From: Octopus vulgaris | Taxonomy: Eukaryota | DNA length: 64,000 nt | Assembly (NCBI GenBank): GCA_951406725.2 | Contig: OX597826.1 | Location: 58,156,001-58,220,000, forward strand | Direction: 5' to 3' | Part shown: piece by piece, positions 55,244 to 64,000 of the stretch | How the letters are laid out: each line of letters begins with the position of its first letter | How positions within the stretch are numbered: position 1 is the first letter of the stretch | Translations under genes and position numbers: made by a program | Notes under the pieces: model-generated | Database searches by the model: none | The model's input: only the letters and a program-made list of their open reading frames with translations | Told to the model about the DNA's origin: nothing

Positions 55244-55703
55244 AACAAAGTGAAAAGAATAGAAGAATGAGAAGGGAAAACATCCGTAACAGAAGAAGAA
55301 GAAGAAGGAGAATTAGAAGAAGAAGAAGAGATAAAAGCCGATCAACAACAGTAATTGGAATTAGAATAGACAAATAGACGAAGTAGCAAGCTAAGTGGTA
55401 GTAGTAGAAGGAGTAGTGGGAATAGGAGAAAGAGGTGGTCATCATCTTCATTATTAACAACAATACCACAACAACGACAACAACGACAACAACGGCATCA
55501 ATGTGACATAAGTAGTATGAGGGTTAGGGGTGGGGGTGAGGGTGGGGGAGGAGATAGAAAAGGAGGAAAGAAAGAGCCGAACGGATATCCTTCTGTTTTT
55601 TTTTTTGTTTCTTCTTTTTACGTCTCAACAATTGACAACTGGACAGCCGAGCTGACATGTTTTCAATGACGGTGAACGACAACAATGACTTTCTGTGTCT
55701 TAG

Positions 55704-55747
<44 letters not shown>

Positions 55748-55928
55748 ACACACACATACACACATACACACACACACAGACACACACATACACACAGACA
55801 CACACATACACACATACACACGCATTAATAGCCATGTCCATGTGTGTGTGTATATATATATATATGTATATGTATGTTTATGCATGCACACACACTCACT
55901 CACACACACACTCACTCACACACACACA

Positions 55929-55959
<31 letters not shown>

Positions 55960-55982
55960 GCACGCATTAATAGCCATGTCCA

Positions 55983-56013
<31 letters not shown>

Positions 56014-56076
56014 GTATGTTTATGCACGCACACACACAGACACACACATTAAAATCCATGTCCATGTGTGTGTGTA

Positions 56077-56109
<33 letters not shown>

Positions 56110-57161
56110 GTTTATACACACACACACAAATATATGTTTTGTATGCGTCTTCCTTTTCTAACTTTCATTGTTGTTTTAGAAGTGTTTTTTTTATATAATT
56201 ATAGATTTTGTATGTATATATGAATGTATGTATTGTTTGTATATTTGTATGCATGCATGTATGTATGTATGTATGTATGAATGTATGTATGTATGTATGT
56301 ATGCATGTGTATACGCATGTATGTGTGCATATATGAATGTATGTATGCATGTATGTATGTATGTATGTATGTATGTATGTATGTATGTATGTATGTATGT
56401 ATGTATGTATGCATGTTTGTATGTATGTATGTATAACTGCATGTCTGTGTGTATATATGCATTTATGTATGTATTTATGCATATGTGTATGTATGTTGGT
56501 GCGTGTGTGTACATGTATGTGCTTCGATGTCTGCATTTCTGGGCAGACCGATAAATTTGTGTATATTGGTACATACATACATACATACATACACACATAC
56601 ACACATACATACACACATACATACACACAGACACAGGCAAATGTACACAGAGACGCACACGCACACACATATATTGCTTATAGGCCACTGCATTGTGCGT
56701 ATATTTACATGTCTAGTTTCTGTGCGTTCGCGCGCGCGCGAGTATGATTGTTTCAGACATCACAACAGTGATACCCTCTCAATTACCGTTTTTGTTGTTA
56801 TTGCTGTTGTTGCCGGTCATTTAGCTTTCAACAATGATGCTAATTGCACGACCCTGGTATGATGGACAGACTGTCTTAATGATTGTCACAACGCAAGAGT
56901 GTTGTGTTTGTTTTAGCCACTTTCTACAGTACGACAGCAATGACAACGACAACAGCAATATCAACGACGACAACAACAACAACAACAGTCTCAGAATAGC
57001 AGCAGCAGCAATTGCAACAGCAGCAGCAGCTCCGGCAGCAACTGCAGCAGCAGCAGTTCCCAGACTAGCAATGGTAGAAAAACCTGCAGCAATAACAACA
57101 GTTATTGTTCTCCTAATCCGCCCACACTTCTTTTCTACGACACCCGTCTGTCCTATACTTA

Positions 57162-58003
57162 CGAGGGAGTACCCAAAAGTAACCGGAAACGTTCTCTGTG
57201 GGACAAGCCCGTTGTAGTTCAAGCTTCCGCCGCTAGAACCCACTTGATGCGGCCCTCAGGCACCAGTCTGCCAACCGGCGTTGTCGAGTGGAGTCGCATT
57301 TCCACGTGGTGCGTCTTTGTTTTGCAGTGCTACTTCTCTATTCGTCGATGGATGAAACGAAGGAACAGCGTGCTCCCGTAAAATTCTGTTTTTCTGCTGG
57401 AGAAAACGGCAGCCGAAACAGTTCTTCAAACGGCTTAGAAGGACGCTGCCATGAGCAAAATCCACGTTTTAGGAATGGTCAGTTGTCGCTTAAAGATCAA
57501 CCTCGTTCAGGGCGACCCGTCGATATCCCGTGTGAATGAAAACATCACGAAAATCCATGAACTGATCTTGAAGGTTCGTTGCCGAAAAATTGACGAACTT
57601 GTTGATATGACTGGTATACTCTGGAGCTTCTGCCAACGAACTTTGAGCGAGGAATAGTGAATGAAAAGAGTTGCAGCAAACTTTGTGCCTCAGTTACTCA
57701 CGGAAGATCAAAAGCGGTCAAGACTGAATGCGTGTCGTGAACTGAAAGAACAGTTGGAAGTTGATCCGAACGTCTTTCCGAAGGTTATCACTGCTGACGA
57801 AAGCTGATGCTAAGGATACGACCAGGATACGACGCATTCAATGTCACCACGCCCCCTTCCCCCCAAAAAAGCGCGTCAAGTGAAGTCCAGTGTAAAGATG
57901 AGAATACTGGAGAATACTGTGAACGCGATAAAAGTGTAAACATGTAAAACTAAGTGAATGAAATAATATTGCAAAATTCCAGTTTCATATGGGTACCCCC
58001 TTG
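57162..58003 (+). mobile_element. Internally deleted mariner
   Basis: TIRs TA|CGAGGGAGTACCCAAAAG and ATATGGGTACCCCCTTG|TA; EQRAPVKFCF, DQPRSGRP, FVPQLLTEDQK, VITADES; the rest of the catalytic domain is missing. Confidence 0.88.
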
Positions 58004-58261
58004 TATTTGGGCAATAAAATAATGTCTTATCCTAGCTGTGCGGCTTGTGCGCGCGTACACATCTTTCGCAACTAGTGCACAAAGGAAAAAAAATATGCGC
58101 AAACATGGTTTTCAAAATGAAATCTGATTTATTTCACTGAAGAAATTAATCGTATAATTTTACTACAAAGTTCTCAATTTTCTACACTTGAAAAAAGGTG
58201 TGCATTTGCTTCAGCGGGATTTGTAGTGATGGTTACTATCATGCATCACTAGCTATTATTT

Positions 58262-58448
58262 TTTTACTTGTTTCATTCACTAACCTGGGGATTTAGTCGT
58301 ACAAATAAGTCCCAGCACTAATTTTAAAAGCCTGGTACTTATTCTATCTTCCTCTTTTTTACTGAACTGCAAAATTATAGGAACATAAGCAAATCAACAC
58401 CGGTTGTCAAGCGGTGATGGGGAATAAACACACACACAACACACACAC

Positions 58449-58499
<51 letters not shown>

Positions 58500-59100
58500 G
58501 TATATACGACTGGCTTCCTTCAGTTTCTTATTTCTTATTTCTATATTGCCCACAAGGGGCTAAACATTGAAGGGACAAACAAGGATAGACAAAGGGATTA
58601 AGTCGATTACATTGACTTCAGCGCTTAACTGGTACTTAATTTATCGATCCCGAAAGGATAAAAGCCAAAGTCGACCTCGGAGGAATTTGAACTCAGAACG
58701 TAACGGCAGACGAAATACCTATTTCTTTACTACCCACAAGGGGCTAAACACAGAGGGGAAGAACAAGGACAGACAAACGGATTAAGTCGATTACATCGAC
58801 CCCAGTGCGTAACTGGTACTTATTTAATCGACCCCGAAAGGATGAAAGGCAAAGTCGACCTCGGCGGAATTTGAACTCAGAACGTAACGGCAGACGAAAT
58901 ACCGCTAAGTATTTCGCCTGGCGTGCTAACGTTTCTGCCAGCTCGCCGCTTTTGGCTCCCTTCAGTTTCTAACAACCAAATAAATTCACAAAGTTTTGGA
59001 CGGCCCGGGCCTATAGTAGAAGACGCTTACACATGGTGCCACACAATCGGAAAAACCCTGAAACTATGTGGTTGGGAAGCAAACTTCTTACCACACAGCA
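58262..59100 (-). mobile_element. Old family B SINE interrupted by a family A dimer
   Basis: 3' half at 58262-58528, 5' half at 58953-59100. Confidence 0.8.
58529..58952 (-). mobile_element. Family A SINE dimer (one head + two units)
   Basis: 18-bp TSD TGGCT(T/C)CCTTCAGTTTCT at 58511-58528 and 58953-58970. Confidence 0.9.
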
Positions 59101-60769
59101 AAGATGTGTACAAACTTTGTAAAAGAAAGGCAAAATTTTCTTACAACCGAATTTCTGTGCACAACCACAGCAAAAACTTAGAGGGAACATTGGCTGTAAG
59201 ATGTGTGGTCTTCACATGGCCTAGTCTACCAAGCTGTAAATAGGCACAAAAAACAAAAAAAAAGACTAAACAACTCATCAGTGTCAGCAGAGGGCAGTCG
59301 TATTGTTGACGAGGGTTTTAGTGCTCACCGTAGTTCTGCCTGATCAATTCAGTTACACCAACCACTGATGCAAATAAAGGGTGATGGTTATATTATTATT
59401 CTTATTTAGTCTCTGCTGAGTTATGGTTGTGAAGATCTCTGAACAAAGATGTTCCATCCGTGACCATCCCATCTTTTGATTTCAGATATTGTTGAAATAT
59501 TTTCCGACAACGCTCTTCATTACTAGTGAGATATATATTGAGGGAGATTTTACTGTCATTCCTAGCAGTGAGTGCTGTTGTTATTTTGCAGTCCTCGCTC
59601 AGTTATGACGAAGTAGACCTGTGACCCAATGCTTCCAGTTGTGACCATTGCGTCTTTTGTAAAAACTAAGATTAGATCGACCAATCTATTTTTCTTTGTT
59701 TAAAACGATGGAGTTATTTCGAAGGAATTTCACGCTAATTTTTACGAGATCAATTCAATACATACGAAAAATATCCTCTTTTGTTTGTCATTTGTTCAAC
59801 GTTACTAGAATCGAAGATAAACATTATTGCTTGTGTCTGCTTGATTCACTTAAATAGGTTTATTTTTATCTTTCTAGTCAGAAAGAAACACTAGGTAACA
59901 GTTGTGTGTGGAAGAGAGGAAGGCATACTCGAAAAGGAGACCCGGACAAAATACTTGCAATAGAGAGGGGTTTGCGAAAGACACCAAAGCGACAAGCGGT
60001 GGTGTCAACTATATAGGGGAATAAGTCTACTCCCCAAGTAGGCTAGAGCGGGATTTGAACACAGGACAAAAGAAAAAACGGGATAGATATTGCAAGCCAT
60101 CCGGCCTGTCATTTTTACAGTTTCGCCTCCACATCGGATTGGATTGCTAATTTTTTTTAGCGAACCCAAAAGGATGAACATCAAAGTTTACCTGACTTTG
60201 ATGGGATTTGAGTTCAGTGCGACGAGTGTCAGAACAAATACTGTGGGGCAATCTACCCGATGTACTACTGATTTACCCAATTCTCCGCCCTATCAAACGA
60301 GCACTAAATCATTACCCGAAAAGTTTCAATGGTAGTTTTGTTTCTTTCAGCAGCTTCATTGACATGCTATTGACGGTTCATCATCATCATCATCATCATC
60401 ATCATAATCATCATCAGCAGCACTAACACCACCATCACCACTGTGTCATCATAGTCGTCGTCATCGTCGTGATCGAAGTCGCCGTCATGATGATGATGAT
60501 GATGGTGAACGTCGTCATCATCATCACTTTTGTGATCGTTATCATCAATATCACCCCATCACCATTCTCATCATTCTCGTCGTTATCATTATTAGCCTCG
60601 TTATCTTCATTAAATTTTCAACTACTACAATATATATATGAAAATTTCAACTACAAACCACCAATAACACTAAAGAATTTTATATTTATTGTTACTGCAG
60701 ATAGTGATAACAATAATATCTATACAGATATTCACTTCTGAATATTTACTCCTTATTAGAATATGTATA

Positions 60770-60808
60770 TATTTGAAAACCCCACTAGAATGAGAGAAAG
60801 CGCTAATG
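60770..60808 (+). ncRNA. Degenerate minimal hammerhead, U3-A8 variant, about 100 nt upstream of (TA)n
   Basis: UAU-UUGAAAA-CCCCA(cuagaa)UGAGA-GAAA-GCGC-UA-AUG; stem II partly mismatched. Confidence 0.5.
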
Positions 60809-60900
60809 ATCTAAGTGATATGATATATATGTAAAAAAATGTAATATATAAATAAATATCTGTAAATATAAACCATCCGATCTTCTGATTACCTCATTTC

Positions 60901-60976
<76 letters not shown>

Positions 60977-61056
60977 TACCAGTTGAGCACTGGGGTCGAT
61001 CTAATCCTCTCCCCTGGAATTGCTGGGCATATGCCAAGATTTGAAATCAATATATA

Positions 61057-61289
61057 CAGAGTTGGCCAAAAGTCACCTGACAGTTAATCAAAACCATTTA
61101 ATTCCAAGATATATTTATGTTTAACAACTGCATTAATTTAATAAAAGCATCTGAATATGAAATATCACGAAAATTGTTCAAACTGAAGTCCTTCTTGTGC
61201 AACACATTTTTCCATTTGAGTCTATACTGAATTACAGATAGTATTTATGGAATTTTGATTTACTGTCGGGTAACTTTTGGCCCAAACTG
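61057..61289. mobile_element. Tc1/mariner-type MITE
   Basis: TIRs TA|CAGAGTTGGCCAAAAGTCACCTGACAGT and ACTGTCGGGTAACTTTTGGCCCAAACTG|TA; minus-strand KCVAQEGLQFEQ resembles a transposase C-terminus. Confidence 0.85.
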
Positions 61290-61294
61290 TATAA

Positions 61295-61378
<84 letters not shown>

Positions 61379-61379
<1 letters not shown>

Positions 61380-61585
61380 AGAGGGGATGCTGAAAAGTAT
61401 CGCAGAAGGCCTGGTTTGGAGCCCCCCCCCCCCTTCCGAGTTCTTTTACTGGGTTTAGAAAAACTGAAGGACCTCTGCAATAAGTGTGTGAATCTGAGAG
61501 AGAAATACTTTGGATAAAATCATAATTAACAGATCCTCCTGCATTTTCTTTTACCCAAGGCCAGGAACTTTTCAGCACCCCTTCG
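61379..61585. mobile_element. mariner-derived MITE (same family as 20316-20530)
   Basis: GAGGGGATGCTGAAAAGT ... GGAACTTTTCAGCACCCCTTCG|TA. Confidence 0.85.
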
Positions 61586-63179
61586 TATGCATATTTAAAT
61601 CTTCTAGTGGGAAGATTCTGGTCTTGGGCCTCAATTAAAATCCTTCAGTCTTAACTTTGAGTCCTCTGTCTCCTTGCTAGAGCTAAATTGCTTTCTTTCA
61701 CTCACTTCAACTTTGTTTACCCATGTCAGCCATTTGTCATGTAGTGAATTATATATTTTCTTTGCGATCTTTTTAACACAACACTCTGTGGTTTAATTTG
61801 CAGTTTAGTTTATTTCTTTTTAGCATCTGCTGTTGTGTTTTCTCAATTTTCTTCGAAGTTCTTTGTCACCTCAACCTCCATTTTGTATTTACTGGTTTCA
61901 TTGATGACAGGAAGCAGCTTTTAGTTTTCTTTATATTATTACGCAATATTTGTATTCGTTTCTCATTAATCTTTAATATTTCTTCTACCCCCACAGTAGA
62001 TATTACATTATAAGCTACTGTATATATGGCAAATATTATTTTTCTACGTCACATTTTATGTGGTGTGTTCTAAATACAAAAAAAGTATTTTTTTCTTCAT
62101 TTCTGTTTAGTCTTGCTAATTCACTTTACGTCCAGTTGAGAATATTATAAGTATAATTTATTACTGGAACACATAAAGTATTTATACCTATAATTTTATC
62201 TTTTGCATTTGATTGTTTGAAACATCAATCTTATGTATTTATAATATTCCTTTCAAAACTCTTCTTTCGTTGCTAATGGAAGTCAGCGCTTAGTCTGTCT
62301 AATTATCTCATCTGTTTCTATGTCTAACATGATCTTACTGGTCATATTTCTTTTTCTTCATTAAAAATGATATTAGCAATTTAACATGACATAAATGTTT
62401 TTATTATTATTTTTAACAGCTTTATTATTTATTTGAAAGATAGCAAGCATAGCCGTCACTCGCAAGTGAGTAGGATTTGGTAATATGTATCGAAATTTCG
62501 CTCATTATTTTAGGTGCCTATGCAGTCGTAAGCAGACACAGAGGCCATTTCGGGCCTCGTACCCTCTAACCCAGCAGTACAATCAGAATGAGACAGCTGG
62601 CATTTGCTCACTCTTTACGTTCTGAGTTCAAATTCTGTCGGCGTTGACTTTACTTTTTATCCTTTCGGGGCCAATAAAACAAGTACCAGTCGAGCACCTC
62701 CTCCAAAATTTCAGGCTTGTGCCTATAGACGAAATGATAATTATCACCGACTGTTTCCAATAGTTTTTTGACAGACGACTATTAACTGCATTACCAAATG
62801 CATCTTCGTATTGCTCTGGCATGAGCAGCAGCGGCCTTTGAAAATGCAAGGTTGCATTTATACGCTAATTCAGTTCTTTTGATTTCTGGTAAAATTTGTC
62901 TTGTGGTTTACGGCGTTGAGTGATTTTTGTATTGTGTAGACCATATGTTGTGTGGGTTCAGTAATTTTGCTTCAGAGGAAATATGCAGAATATGCACTAT
63001 GTGGGTTGTGTTTCTATGCTAGAAGTGTGCATTGTGTGACAATATTTGAGAAGTAACTGCGTAGAATATGTCTTAGTTGGAGTGTGTTACTATATTTAAA
63101 AGAAACTGCGCAGAATGTGTTGTGTGGGATGTGTCATTGCATCTTAGAAGCAACTGTGTATGATGCGTATTGTCAAGGA

Positions 63180-63413
63180 CATTGCTACACAAAGTGGTGG
63201 TCCACAGACCGGTGCCGGTCCGGCACGCGGCCAGTTTCCAGAAACATTATAAAATACTTATAAAATGCTTATGTAATATTGTATTAGTTGTTTACAAAAT
63301 AAATATATATTGTTTCCGGTATAAATTAATATTACTAAGAAGTATTACCGGTCCTTGGCACATTGGAAAACAAAAATGGCGTTACGTCATTTCAGATAGT
63401 TTGAGAAACACTG
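63180..63413. mobile_element. hAT/Charlie-type MITE
   Basis: Ends CATTGCTACACAAAGT ... GTTTGAGAAACACTG; 8-bp TSD GTCAAGGA/GTCTAGGA. Confidence 0.8.
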
Positions 63414-63743
63414 GTCTAGGATGCGTCACTATATTTGAAGAGTAACAGTATAGAGAAGTTATGGGCATACTGCAGCTTGCTCGACTTTCTAAATAGCAGG
63501 ATTAATGAAAAATTAATTTGAATTGTTTTAGTAGGACAGCTAGCCTGATAATGAGTCATATCTCATGAGGCCCGATTTACCAAAACGGTTGCTTATGCCT
63601 GATGGAGATCATGTGCTCGGTGGGTTGTATTACTATATTTGAAGAGTAACTACGCAAAATATACAGAGTGTGTGTGTGTATGTGGCAGGAGTACTTGTGA
63701 CTATATTTCAGGAGTAACTGTGTTGAATATGTAGTGTTGAATA

Positions 63744-63964
63744 AGGCGGCGAGCTGACAGAAACGTTAGCACGCCGGGCGAAATGCTTAGCGGTATTTCA
63801 TCTGTCGTTACGTTCTGAATTCAAATTCCGCCGAGGACGACTTTGCCTTTCATCCTCTCGGGGTCGATAAATAAAGTACCAGTTTCGCACTGGGTCGATG
63901 TAATCGACTTAATCCCTTTGTTTGTCCCCTCTATGTTTAACCCCTTGTGGGTAGTAAAGAAATA
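63744..63964 (+). mobile_element. Family A SINE monomer
   Basis: Full head, central domain and CCCCTTGTGGGTAGTAAAGAAATA tail. Confidence 0.9.
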
Positions 63965-64000
63965 TATATTTGAAGAGTTACTACGCAAAATATACATAGT

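Larger units (their letters stand above)
62930..64000. repeat. Degenerate minisatellite of about 48 bp, interrupted by a hAT MITE and a SINE
   Basis: Recurring (T)GTTACTATATTTGAAGAGTAACT(G/A)CGCA(G/A)AATAT. Confidence 0.75.

Noticed and set aside
55819-56120. Three copies of a CATTAA..CCATGTCCATGTGTG block
   Set aside because: Local slippage duplication within (CA)/(TA) microsatellites; no sign of function

Overview
AT-rich, microsatellite-saturated animal genomic DNA, most likely an intron or intergenic region of an Octopus species. The organism is inferred from the SINE families, Dong/R4 LINE, Penelope elements and extreme simple-repeat density, not from a search. I can support no host protein-coding exon; nearly all listed ORFs are translations of simple repeats. 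The real coding remnants are all transposons: a 5'-truncated Penelope-like element (RT + GIY-YIG, 10-bp TSD, inverted terminal piece), a Dong/R4 LINE 3' fragment, three mariner relics, a Tc1/rosa-type fragment and several MITEs, plus many tRNA-derived SINEs. The main hidden signal is RNA structure. About a dozen hammerhead-ribozyme (HHR) or HHR-like motifs sit in short repeat cassettes that mostly abut (TA)n tracts. They include minimal type I HHRs with palindromic stem III, three unrelated motifs with a compensatory U3-A8 core, and a two-copy family (48383-48445, 51775-51837, minus strand) whose three HHR strands occur in a non-circularly permuted, pseudoknotted order. All RNA structures were paired by eye and none has been tested.
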